Assembly: GCA_947504185.1 (NCBI GenBank)
Contig: CANNGJ010000006.1
Coordinates: forward strand, 22,797-86,796
Direction of reading: 5' to 3'
Source of the DNA: an uncultured Tenacibaculum sp.
Lineage (GTDB): Bacteria; Bacteroidota; Bacteroidia; Flavobacteriales; Flavobacteriaceae
Length of the DNA stretch: 64,000 bases
Positions 40,004-49,241 of the stretch are shown here, in pieces. Position numbers and translations under genes: made by a program. Within the stretch, counting starts at the first letter, position 1. Each line of letters begins with the position of its first letter. Under the pieces are notes generated by a model. That model ran no database searches. It saw only the letters and a list, made by a program, of their open reading frames with translations, and was not told where the DNA came from.

Positions 40004-41065
40004 ATGAAAAAAACAATGCTTCTATTCGCAACTTTTGCGATGATTTTTTCGTGTACAACTAACGAAGAAATTTTAACCGAACCAAACGCTGAAAAGCAAG
40101 ATTTAATTCAACAACGTCATTATCAAAATAAAAAAACAGATTACTTTGCAGTAGCTAATCGTGGTGATGGAACCGTAAGTATATACAATGCTGATACACA
40201 AGTTAAAGAAACTACAATTACAATGCCTGATGAAAATTCAGCCCCAACCTATGTGGTATATAGTCGTTATAGAGATTTACTTTATGTGGCAGATTTTAAT
40301 AATCAAAAAGTAGTAGTATTTGAAACCGAAAATTTTTCAAAAGTTAATGAATTTCCCACAGGCAATGGTTCATTTCATATGTGGTTAAACGATTATGCTA
40401 ATCAACTTTGGGTAAATAATATTGTAGATAAAACTACTTCAGTTATCAATTTAAACAACGGAAATACCTTAGCTACCTTATCACTTCCAAATAATTTAAA
40501 TTTAGCTTCAGATACTGCACAACACGATGTAATTATTTCTCCTTACGGATACTTTGCTTACGTCAGTGTTTTTTCACAAACAGGACAAAATTATGTTTTA
40601 CAATACAGTACTTACAATTTTAATTTAATGAAGTCTATTGAAGTTGGTGGCGACCCACACTTAACAGCAACCAATCGTCGATTATATATATTATCACAAG
40701 ATGATTCTAGCATTACTGAATATCATTTTCATAATTTAAACTCGACAGGTCGTAGTGGTACAATGCAAAATGTACATGGAGTTACTCCAGGAAAAAATCG
40801 AAATTTATTTGTTACTGATATTTCTGGCAGAAAAGTTGGTTCATATAAAATTAATACCCAAGTTACTAGTTCAATTACTAATGCTGGTTCTAGTAGTGGA
40901 GTTGCTCATAATTTAGCATATAACCCTGATAAAAAGATTTTGGCACTTACACTTTCAGGAAGTAATACAGTTGATTTCTTTAGAGCAAATGGTAAAAAAA
41001 TAAAGTACTTATCTACAGATGAATCTGGTGCTAATCCATTTGGAATTGTGTATATAGATAGATAA
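40004..41065 (+). CDS. lipoprotein, probable beta-propeller (YncE/YVTN-like)
   Basis: Lipobox AMIFSC. Repeated ~45-aa segments with hydrophobic strand patterns (VSIYN, YVADF, VVVFE...). Confidence 0.55.
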   Translation: MKKTMLLFATFAMIFSCTTNEEILTEPNAEKQDLIQQRHYQNKKTDYFAVANRGDGTVSIYNADTQVKETTITMPDENSAPTYVVYSRYRDLLYVADFNNQKVVVFETENFSKVNEFPTGNGSFHMWLNDYANQLWVNNIVDKTTSVINLNNGNTLATLSLPNNLNLASDTAQHDVIISPYGYFAYVSVFSQTGQNYVLQYSTYNFNLMKSIEVGGDPHLTATNRRLYILSQDDSSITEYHFHNLNSTGRSGTMQNVHGVTPGKNRNLFVTDISGRKVGSYKINTQVTSSITNAGSSSGVAHNLAYNPDKKILALTLSGSNTVDFFRANGKKIKYLSTDESGANPFGIVYIDR

Positions 41066-41085
41066 TTATTTGAATTATAATCCTT

Positions 41086-41117
41086 AAAAATCCAACGATG
41101 TTCTTGTTGGATTTTTT
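41086..41117 (+). terminator. intrinsic terminator
   Basis: AAAAATCCAAC-9 nt-GTTGGATTTTT plus a T-run. Confidence 0.75.
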
Positions 41118-41167
41118 CGTTCTTATTCTTTTCTATATATTTAACTCTAACTAATTAATCAATTGTT

Positions 41168-41767
41168 ATGATATTCTATGGAACTAAAGGCGCTCATTTG
41201 AAGAGCGAAAAGATTAGTGGTGCGAAATGTACACATTGTGGTGAGCAAACTTCACATACCGTAAGTATTTTTGGAAGGTATGCATACCTGTATTGGATTC
41301 CTGTATTCCCTTTAACAAAAAAAGGAGTAGCAGAATGTAATAATTGCAAAGCAACTGTAGAACCTAAAGAAATGAGCGAACAGCTACGTTTAAAGTTTGA
41401 CAACGTAATGCGAAATACCAAGACTCCAATAACCTACTGGGTTGGTTCGTTAATTTTAATTGCAATTATATTATTTGCTTTTTATTCTATAAAACAGCAC
41501 GAAAAAGATGCAATAAATTATATAGCTAATCCACAAAAAGGAGACGTAATTGAATATAAGCCTAGTGAATTTTACTCTACTCTGAGAATAGAAAATATTA
41601 CTGCCGATTCTATTTTTGTTATTCAAAATAATTACGAAATAGAAAGACAAAGTAAGTTGTATAAAATTGATAAGGATAAAAACTATACAACCGAACCATT
41701 TAGTATTTCTAAAAAAGAATTTCAAAAAATGTTTGATGACAAAACATTCTTAGATATTGATAGGTAA
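41168..41767 (+). CDS. zinc-ribbon membrane protein, hypothetical
   Basis: CTHCGEQ ... CNNCKA gives a four-Cys ribbon. One TM helix (WVGSLILIAIILFAFYSI). Confidence 0.5.
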   Translation: MIFYGTKGAHLKSEKISGAKCTHCGEQTSHTVSIFGRYAYLYWIPVFPLTKKGVAECNNCKATVEPKEMSEQLRLKFDNVMRNTKTPITYWVGSLILIAIILFAFYSIKQHEKDAINYIANPQKGDVIEYKPSEFYSTLRIENITADSIFVIQNNYEIERQSKLYKIDKDKNYTTEPFSISKKEFQKMFDDKTFLDIDR

Positions 41768-41790
41768 AACAATAAAAGCTAGTATTAATA

Positions 41791-41825
41791 AAGAACCAAC
41801 AAATTAGCTTGTTGGTTCTTATTTT
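41791..41825 (+). terminator. intrinsic terminator
   Basis: AAGAACCAACAA-ATTAGC-TTGTTGGTTCTT is a 12-bp stem, followed by ATTTT. Confidence 0.8.
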
Positions 41826-42070
41826 ACACTCCAGCATCTTTTTCAATTAACTGAACAATTAAAGTCGTTAAATTCCTCTACCTTAAACATATTATCAGTG
41901 GCTTTAATATAGCTTACCAGCTCTACTATCATCAGTTAAAGAAGCATATTTCTCGTTCGTAAACACACTAAAATAGCACATTAAAAATCTACTGTTTGAT
42001 TAATATTCATTTTACGGTTTTACCTTACTTTTTTTACGTTTTTTTATCATCAATCTTATTTCATACTATT

Positions 42071-42078
42071 TAGATTTG
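42071..42078 (+). promoter_or_regulatory. Bacteroidota-type -7 box (TAnnTTTG) for the small peptide gene
   Basis: TAGATTTG ends 20 nt before the ATG at 42099. No clear -33 TTG was seen. Confidence 0.35.
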
Positions 42079-42098
42079 AGAAACTTAAAACTCAAATT

Positions 42099-42236
42099 AT
42101 GTTAAAGAACATTTCAAGCTTAGGCACAGCTCTAAACATTACAGAACAACAATCTATTCTCGGAGGTCATGGTATTTGCCCTCCAAGTATGATTCCTAAT
42201 AATTCAGGAGTTTGTGTACCAATGGATCAGCATTAA
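42099..42236 (+). CDS. 45-aa double-glycine-leader peptide precursor (bacteriocin/RiPP-like), missing from the ORF track
   Basis: Translation is MLKNISSLGTALNITEQQSILGG|HGICPPSMIPNNSGVCVPMDQH*. The leader has L-12, E-8, I-4, G-2 and G-1 of the classical GG-leader consensus. It is flanked by a -7 box and a terminator. Confidence 0.55.
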   Translation: MLKNISSLGTALNITEQQSILGGHGICPPSMIPNNSGVCVPMDQH

Positions 42237-42246
42237 ACAAATTATC

Positions 42247-42271
42247 AGCGAACTTCGGTTCGCTTTTTTTT
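42247..42271 (+). terminator. intrinsic terminator of the peptide gene
   Basis: AGCGAAC-TTCG-GTTCGCT followed by T8, starting 11 nt after the stop codon. Confidence 0.8.
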
Positions 42272-42782
42272 AACATTATTAGTTGTCATAAAAACCTCTC
42301 TTTTATTTTTAATTATTTGATATTGTTTTGTGAAATCTGAATTAACCTCCTATTAAAACTTTCTCTTTCCAAACAATAACATTCAATATTTACCGTAATC
42401 TATCTCCTATCCTTAAGCTATATCTTTTTCTACTTCTAGTTCTTCTCCATTTTGGTTTGTTCATTCACTTAATTCTACAAACAAGTAATCTTTAATAAAA
42501 CTAAAGCCTTCCATTTATAGAGAGTTTTAGTTTTTACAAATCTTAAAATCAGTTAATTAAGTTGTAATTTTTAGTTAAACCGACTGTAAACATGTAACAT
42601 AGATATATGAAAAACAGTCTATTAAGCATAACCACCTAAAACTATTTATTATGATAAGCAACAGAACAATAAGAAGATTGAAAGATTTAACGATGCATTC
42701 TAAAAAAATAATTTGGAATAGTAGAAGGAATTACAATCATAGATACAGAATTACATTATTTAGTTAAACAATTAAATAGATT

Positions 42783-42817
42783 AAAAAACGAGCGAACTTA
42801 GAGTTCGCTCGTTTTTT
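42783..42817. terminator. 15-bp-stem hairpin, bidirectional by shape
   Basis: AAAAAACGAGCGAAC-TTAGA-GTTCGCTCGTTTTTT. It shares the GCGAACTT..GTTCGC core with the terminator at 42247. Confidence 0.7.
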
Positions 42818-42909
42818 AATCTATCGGTAAACCACATTAATTACTGCGGATATCCCCTTTTAAATAAGCCAATACAATTATACTTTTGCTATTATTAATA
42901 AATAGAGTT

Positions 42910-43188
42910 ATGATTGAAACTGTTTTTAAAGCTTTAATATTTAAGACTAAGTATATTGAAGTAAATAATTTTATTAATGAAATCGCTGAGGAGAATTCAA
43001 ATATTGAAGATGCTCACAACCAAGTAAAAGAATCTTTAATAAAACTTGTACTATATAAGTTTATTAGCATTAAGGATAAATCACCTAAAGGGAGTTATGT
43101 ATTTAAAGAGCATAATTTTTATAAAGCTAGAGAAGTAGGGAGTATAGAAACATGGTTAGATAAACAAAGGTATTATCAAGAATCATAA
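42910..43188 (+). CDS. hypothetical 92-aa protein
   Basis: ORF with an ATG at 42910 (the track opens at a TTG at 42886). No family recognised. Its 3' end overlaps the convergent menE by 13 nt. Confidence 0.4.
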   Translation: MIETVFKALIFKTKYIEVNNFINEIAEENSNIEDAHNQVKESLIKLVLYKFISIKDKSPKGSYVFKEHNFYKAREVGSIETWLDKQRYYQES

Positions 43189-44228
43189 TACTTTTTTAAT
43201 GTCTCTATTCGCTGAATTTTTTTTGTTTCAGTTTCTACAAAATCTTTAATAAAATAAGTTTGCTTAGGGGTTTCATATTTAGTTAAGCTTTCTGCTTTAC
43301 TAAAATTTATTAGCTGTTTCTTGCCTTCTACAACTAAAACTAAACGCTCTCCTAAAGCCCTATCTTGTTCAGCAATCACAAAAAAACGACTAGAGATAAT
43401 AGCAGATAGTTTTTCTTCAATTTTTTCAGGGTGTAATTTTACACCTCCAGAATTTATAACATTATCAAAACGTCCAAGCCATTCAAACTGAGTATCTGAA
43501 ATTAAATTCACTACATCGTTTGTTACAATTCTTTCTTCTGATAGTTTAGACGCTTCAATTACCAAACAATTACGAACGTCTTGTGAGAGTTTTATATTTG
43601 GCAATGTCTGATAAATAGATTTTTCATCTGAAATAACAAATTGATTCAGCTTTTTTACAGCTATATGCGTAATTGTTTCTGTCATACCATAAGTAGCATA
43701 CACTTTTGTAGAAACGTTTTGAATAGCCGATATTAAATCATTAGAAACCACACCTCCACCTACAATTAATTGCTTCAATTTATATAATTCACTTAATGAA
43801 TTTCTTAATTGTAACGGAACCATTGCTGAAAAATCGTATTCTTTTTTCAAGCCTTTTAATGGACTTGAAACAGGATCAACAATATCAAGTTCCCAACCTA
43901 AAATTAATGCTCTTACCAATATCATTTTACCCGCAATATAATCGGTAGATAAACACAGTAAAGTAGTAGTATTTTCTTTCAAATTAAAAAAATCTCCTGT
44001 AGCTAAGGCTGAGTTTATCATAAACTCTTTTTTCAATTGAATCGACTTTGGTTTACCTGTAGACCCAGAAGTTTGTACAATTACATAATCACCTTCGTTA
44101 AACCAATCAGATAGAAATGAAAATATGGAATCATTAATTTCTTTAGAAAAACTTAAAAGGTCCTCTTTTGTAGTAAACGATGTTGAGTTTAACTTAAAAC
44201 TTCTATGAATATTATTATTCTTCAACAA
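43176..44228 (-). CDS. menE: O-succinylbenzoate-CoA ligase (short Bacteroidota form)
   Basis: AMP-binding motif TSGSTGKPK and YGMTET. 350 aa, in an operon with menC and menA. Confidence 0.8.
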   Translation of the reverse strand: MLKNNNIHRSFKLNSTSFTTKEDLLSFSKEINDSIFSFLSDWFNEGDYVIVQTSGSTGKPKSIQLKKEFMINSALATGDFFNLKENTTTLLCLSTDYIAGKMILVRALILGWELDIVDPVSSPLKGLKKEYDFSAMVPLQLRNSLSELYKLKQLIVGGGVVSNDLISAIQNVSTKVYATYGMTETITHIAVKKLNQFVISDEKSIYQTLPNIKLSQDVRNCLVIEASKLSEERIVTNDVVNLISDTQFEWLGRFDNVINSGGVKLHPEKIEEKLSAIISSRFFVIAEQDRALGERLVLVVEGKKQLINFSKAESLTKYETPKQTYFIKDFVETETKKIQRIETLKKYYDS

Positions 44229-45132
44229 TAATCGGTTTTTCTATTTTTCCGAATAGTTTTTCTTTCCAGTTTTTCCAACCATATTTTTTTGATAATAACA
44301 AAAGGTATAGTGGATATACAACAAAAACTGGAAGCATCATTAACAACAATAAACTAGGCTCAGAATGATCGATAAACAAAGCATCTGTTTGAAAAACTGC
44401 CCAATTAGAAGCTACTAAAGTTGCAGCAATAATATTATTAATCGCATGAATACCTAAAGCCAACTCAGTTCCTTCATCCATTAAAGTAATAATACCAAAT
44501 AAGAAACCGGTACCTATGTAAAATACCATAATACTAGATCCTAATTTCGTAACTTCTGGATTTAAAATATGCATTACTCCAAAAAGTACTGAAGTAATAA
44601 TTAAAGGAACCCATCTGTTTTTAGCTAAAATTCCTATTCCTTGCATTAAGTACCCTCTAAATAATAATTCTTCTAATGATGTTTGTAAAGGAAGTAATAT
44701 TAATGAAACAGCCAATAAAAAGAAAAAAGGACCAGCTTTAAAATTCCAAACATAATCTTCAGGAGTTAAAAAATAACCTATAGACAAAAATGCTATAGAT
44801 ATAAGTCCCCATGAAAAGAAACCATAAAAAAATCGTTTCCAATCTACTTTGTTTCTACTTGTTATAAGCGACTTAATTGAACGTTGATGTAAAAACTTAA
44901 CAAAGACTAATAACATAACTAATAATACAGCAAAAAGAATTAGGCTCTCTATTAAGAAAATGTTCTTATCTCCATTAAAATCCTCCGTTTCATTTATCAA
45001 TTCATCATATGCTTCTGGCATTAGAAAATAAAGCATGAAGTTTAAAATAAATGGAGACATTACAACAAGAATGGTAATTAACCAACGCCAAAATTCATTA
45101 TTTCCTTTATATGCTTGCTGTATAAAATTCAT
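44215..45132 (-). CDS. CPBP-family intramembrane glutamic endopeptidase (CAAX/Abi type)
   Basis: Motifs SLEELLFRGY (EExxxR), FGVMHILN (FxxxH) and GIHAINN (HxxxN), on 7-8 TM helices. Confidence 0.85.
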   Translation of the reverse strand: MNFIQQAYKGNNEFWRWLITILVVMSPFILNFMLYFLMPEAYDELINETEDFNGDKNIFLIESLILFAVLLVMLLVFVKFLHQRSIKSLITSRNKVDWKRFFYGFFSWGLISIAFLSIGYFLTPEDYVWNFKAGPFFFLLAVSLILLPLQTSLEELLFRGYLMQGIGILAKNRWVPLIITSVLFGVMHILNPEVTKLGSSIMVFYIGTGFLFGIITLMDEGTELALGIHAINNIIAATLVASNWAVFQTDALFIDHSEPSLLLLMMLPVFVVYPLYLLLLSKKYGWKNWKEKLFGKIEKPIIVEE

Positions 45133-45135
45133 ATC

Positions 45136-46173
45136 TTATAATTTAAAATTCCACTTTTTATTATTGTTATAGCCTAAACTTCCATTTGACACTTCTAACG
45201 GGCTTTCAAAATTATTAGTAAACAAACTACCTGTTCCTAAACCTTGTGGCAACGAGTTATTTAAAGTGTATGTCCATTGAGCTATTGCATTTAAACCAAT
45301 ATTGCTTTCTAAAGCAGAAGTTATCCAATTATCAGCTCCGTATTTTTTTGCTATCTGAATCCATTCTTGACTTCCTTTAAATCCTCCTACCAAACTTGGC
45401 TTTAAGATAATGTATTGTGGTTTAATCGTATCAATACATTTCTCTTTGTCTTCTGATGAAAATACACCTATTAACTCTTCATCTAAAGCTATTGGTAACG
45501 GAGTCTTTTCACATAAACTTGCCATCTCTTGCCACTGTCCTTGTTTTATCGGCTGCTCGATAGAATGCATTTCTAATTCTGATAATTTTTCTAATTTTTC
45601 TAATGCATTGTTCGGGGTAAACGCTCCATTAGCATCTACCCTTAGTTCTATTTCTTTAGATGAAAATTCTTTTCTAATGGATTTTAATAAATTGATTTCA
45701 GTCTCAAAATCAATCGCGCCTATTTTCATTTTTATACAAGTAAACCCTGCTGTTAATTTTTCTCTAATTTGGTTTTTCATGAAGTCCTTATCCCCCATCC
45801 AAATTAATCCGTTGATAAAAACACTTTCTTTACTTCTAGTAAAATCAGAAGGAAATAACTCAAATGGATTATCTGATCTCAATGATAAAAAAGCTTGTTC
45901 TAAGCCAAATTGTATAGACGGGAAGCGAATCGCTTCGGATAATAAAACTTCTAAACCTAAATTAATATTTTCACAAAACCATTTTAGTTTTTCTTCATAG
46001 TTTGGTATATCATCTGCGCTTAAACCTCTAAACAAACCGCATTCTCCATATCCTTGCTTACCATCTTTATTAAGAACTATAAACCATGTTTCTTTAGTTC
46101 GCAAAATTCCGCGAGATGTTCCGCTAGCTTGCTTAAAGTTTAATATATATTTGTGGTAGGTAGCTCTAATCAA
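45136..46173 (-). CDS. menC: o-succinylbenzoate synthase (enolase superfamily)
   Basis: KMKIG, LRVDANGAF, IEQP and LDEEL metal and catalytic segments. Operon context. Confidence 0.8.
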   Translation of the reverse strand: MIRATYHKYILNFKQASGTSRGILRTKETWFIVLNKDGKQGYGECGLFRGLSADDIPNYEEKLKWFCENINLGLEVLLSEAIRFPSIQFGLEQAFLSLRSDNPFELFPSDFTRSKESVFINGLIWMGDKDFMKNQIREKLTAGFTCIKMKIGAIDFETEINLLKSIRKEFSSKEIELRVDANGAFTPNNALEKLEKLSELEMHSIEQPIKQGQWQEMASLCEKTPLPIALDEELIGVFSSEDKEKCIDTIKPQYIILKPSLVGGFKGSQEWIQIAKKYGADNWITSALESNIGLNAIAQWTYTLNNSLPQGLGTGSLFTNNFESPLEVSNGSLGYNNNKKWNFKL

Positions 46174-46694
46174 TTTTTCTCAACTTCAGTTTTAAATCGA
46201 TTCATATAGCTTAAACTTAAATCCTTAAGTGAACCTTTAAAATAAGGAAGTAAACATCCCATTAAATACGACTTACTATTTACTGAACAATGTTGCACCA
46301 TTTTTGTACCGTTACCATTGGCAATAAAATTATAGTCATCAATTTTCACCATTTGATCTGAATCAAAACGGAAAGTCATTTTCTTATTTGGTATATAATC
46401 GATAATCTTCTCCATCATCACAATTTCTTGCCCTTGATTTGTAACGACCATTTTATAAGTACTACCGATAATCCCTTCTTTCTCCTCAATTGGTTCGATA
46501 GACTTAACTTCTGGCAACCATTTTTTCATTAACTCAACATTCTGAAAATCTTTAAAAACCTTTTCTATTGGCTTATCAATTTCAACTTCGGCTGTATATT
46601 TTACATCTGTAACAATTATTCCTGTTATCAAAAATATTACAACTAATGCGGTTACAACTCCTAAAACTATTTTTACCGCTTTCATATTTCTCAT
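46170..46694 (-). CDS. SRPBCC-fold (polyketide cyclase/START-like) protein with N-terminal TM anchor
   Basis: TM helix IVLGVVTALVVIFLITGIIV, then a ~140-aa START-like beta-rich domain. 4-nt overlaps with both neighbours. Confidence 0.6.
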   Translation of the reverse strand: MRNMKAVKIVLGVVTALVVIFLITGIIVTDVKYTAEVEIDKPIEKVFKDFQNVELMKKWLPEVKSIEPIEEKEGIIGSTYKMVVTNQGQEIVMMEKIIDYIPNKKMTFRFDSDQMVKIDDYNFIANGNGTKMVQHCSVNSKSYLMGCLLPYFKGSLKDLSLSYMNRFKTEVEKN

Positions 46695-47368
46695 ATACTC
46701 ACTGATTTTCCTATCTCTAGAATAATTAATTCTTTATTTGCTTTTGAAAATTTACTTTTTGCTTCTTCTACAACTATTTCAATTGGAGGAAATGTATTAA
46801 AATGACAACCGATTACTTTTTCACACTCTACCAAATTACTTGCAATAATTGCATCATCAACTCCCATGGTAAAATTATCTCCAATAGGGAAAATAGATGC
46901 TGTTAATTTTGTGCTCATCGGAATCAATTTCATATCCATTGTCACTGCAGTATCACCAGCAATATATAATGATTTTTCTCCGCTAGATATTACAAAACCT
47001 CCTGGTTGCCCTCCATAACTTCCATCAGCAAAAGATGAAGTATGAATTGCATTTACATATTTAGCAGAAAAAGTATCTGTTTTAAAAGTTCCTCCATGAT
47101 TTACTGGATGTCCTTTTAAGTTTTTAGCTCCGTAGTACATTACGATTTCATAATTCGAAATTATGGTTGCTCCAGTACGTTCAGCAATTACCTCAACATC
47201 CAACACATGATCTTGATGTGCGTGTGTTAATAATATATAATCAGCTTTAACATCATTAATATTGATGTGAGATGCTAACGAGTTTCCTGTAATAAATGGA
47301 TCAACCAATAAATTTGTTCCATTTATTTCGATACCAAAACAAGCGTGACCGTAAAATGTAATGTTCAT
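46691..47368 (-). CDS. UPF0173-family MBL-fold metal-dependent hydrolase
   Basis: MNITFYGHACFGIE...LLTHAHQDHV and the 225-aa length are typical of UPF0173/YtkL. Confidence 0.85.
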   Translation of the reverse strand: MNITFYGHACFGIEINGTNLLVDPFITGNSLASHININDVKADYILLTHAHQDHVLDVEVIAERTGATIISNYEIVMYYGAKNLKGHPVNHGGTFKTDTFSAKYVNAIHTSSFADGSYGGQPGGFVISSGEKSLYIAGDTAVTMDMKLIPMSTKLTASIFPIGDNFTMGVDDAIIASNLVECEKVIGCHFNTFPPIEIVVEEAKSKFSKANKELIILEIGKSVSI

Positions 47369-47394
47369 ATTATTTAAAGTTGTTTCTATGCAAT

Positions 47395-48342
47395 TTACAA
47401 AACTTGACCTAGTCCGAAAAGAATAGCAAACAAAAAAGTACTTAACGCTACCTTTTTTAATTCACCATCTAATAAAGCGTCCTCTTTATTTTTATAGACG
47501 AAGATCAAATGTTTTAGTAGAGGTAAATAAGCGATTATAAATAAAAATTGATATGGTGATTTATAGTTAATCACCACATACAACATCGCAAATAAAAATG
47601 AAGCGATAATTAAATTATACTGGTATACTTTTCCAAATACTGCTCCCATTTTTACTACTAAAGTATTTTTACCAGATTTCGCATCATTTACACGATCTCG
47701 CATATTGTTTAAATTCAATACAGCGGTACTTAATAATCCGATTGTAAAAGCTGGTAAAAAAACAGTAACATTTAATTGTTTTGTGTAGAGGAAATAAGTT
47801 CCTACAACTGCGAGTAAACCAAAGAATACAAATACAAATACATCTCCAAACCCACTATAACCATAAGCCGATTTACCTACAGTATATTTTATTGCTGCTA
47901 TAATAGAAGCTATTCCTAATCCGAAGAAAATTGCTGAGTATAAAAAATCATCTTTTCCGAAAGCTACATAAATAAGAAATAAAGCTATCACTAAAGTTAT
48001 CACTCCAGTTATAATCATTGCAGATTTCATTTGTTCTGGAGTAATAGCTCCTGAAGACACCATACGTGCTTCTCCCTCTCTATTATCATCTGTTCCTTTT
48101 ATACCATCGCCATAATCGTTTGCAAAGTTTGATAATACTTGAAAACCTATTGTAGCTAAAATTGCTAAAATGAATATTAAATAGTTTTTTTCATTAAGTG
48201 GGCCAATGTCAAGAAGTCCATCAAATTTAACATCTCTATTTATGGGCACAGAAAAATCAGCCAAAAAACTCCCTGTAATAATTCCTGAAACTGATAATGG
48301 TAAAGTTCTTAAACGAGCGGCTTTTATAAAGTTTTTAATCAT
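47395..48342 (-). CDS. menA: 1,4-dihydroxy-2-naphthoate polyprenyltransferase
   Basis: UbiA-type motifs NFANDYGDGIKGTDD and NNMRDRVNDAKSGKNTL, with 8-9 TM helices. Confidence 0.9.
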   Translation of the reverse strand: MIKNFIKAARLRTLPLSVSGIITGSFLADFSVPINRDVKFDGLLDIGPLNEKNYLIFILAILATIGFQVLSNFANDYGDGIKGTDDNREGEARMVSSGAITPEQMKSAMIITGVITLVIALFLIYVAFGKDDFLYSAIFFGLGIASIIAAIKYTVGKSAYGYSGFGDVFVFVFFGLLAVVGTYFLYTKQLNVTVFLPAFTIGLLSTAVLNLNNMRDRVNDAKSGKNTLVVKMGAVFGKVYQYNLIIASFLFAMLYVVINYKSPYQFLFIIAYLPLLKHLIFVYKNKEDALLDGELKKVALSTFLFAILFGLGQVL

Positions 48343-48400
48343 TTTTATTCCATAAAAAAAGGAAGAGTAATTCTTCCTTTTATTTTTAAGTTACATACTC

Positions 48401-49180
48401 CTATAAATTATTTGCTTCTGCTATTAACTCAGCAATATCTTTTACAACAACTTGGTCTTCTTTTAATTTGAACTTCACACCGTCTGTCATCATTGTATTA
48501 CAATATGGGCATCCTGTTGCAATAATTTGTGGATTGGTTTCTAAAGCATCCTCAGTACGTAATACATTAATATCCATATCGCCTTTTTCTGGCTCTTTAA
48601 ACATCTGCGCACCTCCTGCTCCACAACACAAAGCTGTAGATTTATTACGCTTCATTTCTGTCATTTTAACACCTAAACGATTAATTAACTGACGTGGAGT
48701 TTCATATACATCATTCGCTCTACCTAAATAACAAGGGTCGTGGTAGGTAACACGTTTTCCTTTTAAGTTTGTATCATCAATAGATAAACGACCGTCTTGA
48801 ATTAACTTACTAATGTATTGTGTATGGTGATATACTTTATACTTACCTCCTAATCCTGGATATTCATTTTTTAAAGTATTAAATGAATGTGGATCGCAAG
48901 TAACAATTGTTTTTACTTCGTAAGCATTTAAAACCTCAATATTGGTCATTGCTTGCATTTGAAACAAAAACTCGTTTCCAGCACGTTTAGCGGCATCACC
49001 TGTTGAACTTTCTTCTGTACCTAACACAGCAAAATCAACTCCTGCCATATCTAATATTTTCACAAACGCCTTGGTAATTTTTTTCGCTCTATCATCATAA
49101 CTTCCTGCTGCTCCCACCCAAAACAACACTTCTGGTTGTTTTCCTTGAGCCATCATATCTGCCATTGTTGGTACGTTCAT
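48401..49180 (-). CDS. (Fe-S)-binding protein with two CCG domains (HdrD C-terminal-like)
   Basis: CDPHS...DPCYLGR and CCGAGG...GCPYC are cysteine-rich CCG motifs. Confidence 0.8.
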   Translation of the reverse strand: MNVPTMADMMAQGKQPEVLFWVGAAGSYDDRAKKITKAFVKILDMAGVDFAVLGTEESSTGDAAKRAGNEFLFQMQAMTNIEVLNAYEVKTIVTCDPHSFNTLKNEYPGLGGKYKVYHHTQYISKLIQDGRLSIDDTNLKGKRVTYHDPCYLGRANDVYETPRQLINRLGVKMTEMKRNKSTALCCGAGGAQMFKEPEKGDMDINVLRTEDALETNPQIIATGCPYCNTMMTDGVKFKLKEDQVVVKDIAELIAEANNL

Positions 49181-49241
49181 AATCTTATATTGTTTAATTG
49201 TTGATATGCTTCTTTTTTACTCTTTTAATTGATAAATAAAA

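Noticed and set aside
45410-46000. 196-aa ORF on the plus strand
   Set aside because: It lies wholly inside, and antisense to, the menC gene, which has clear enolase-superfamily motifs. Its translation is low-complexity (S/I/F/N-rich), typical of a shadow ORF in AT-rich DNA.
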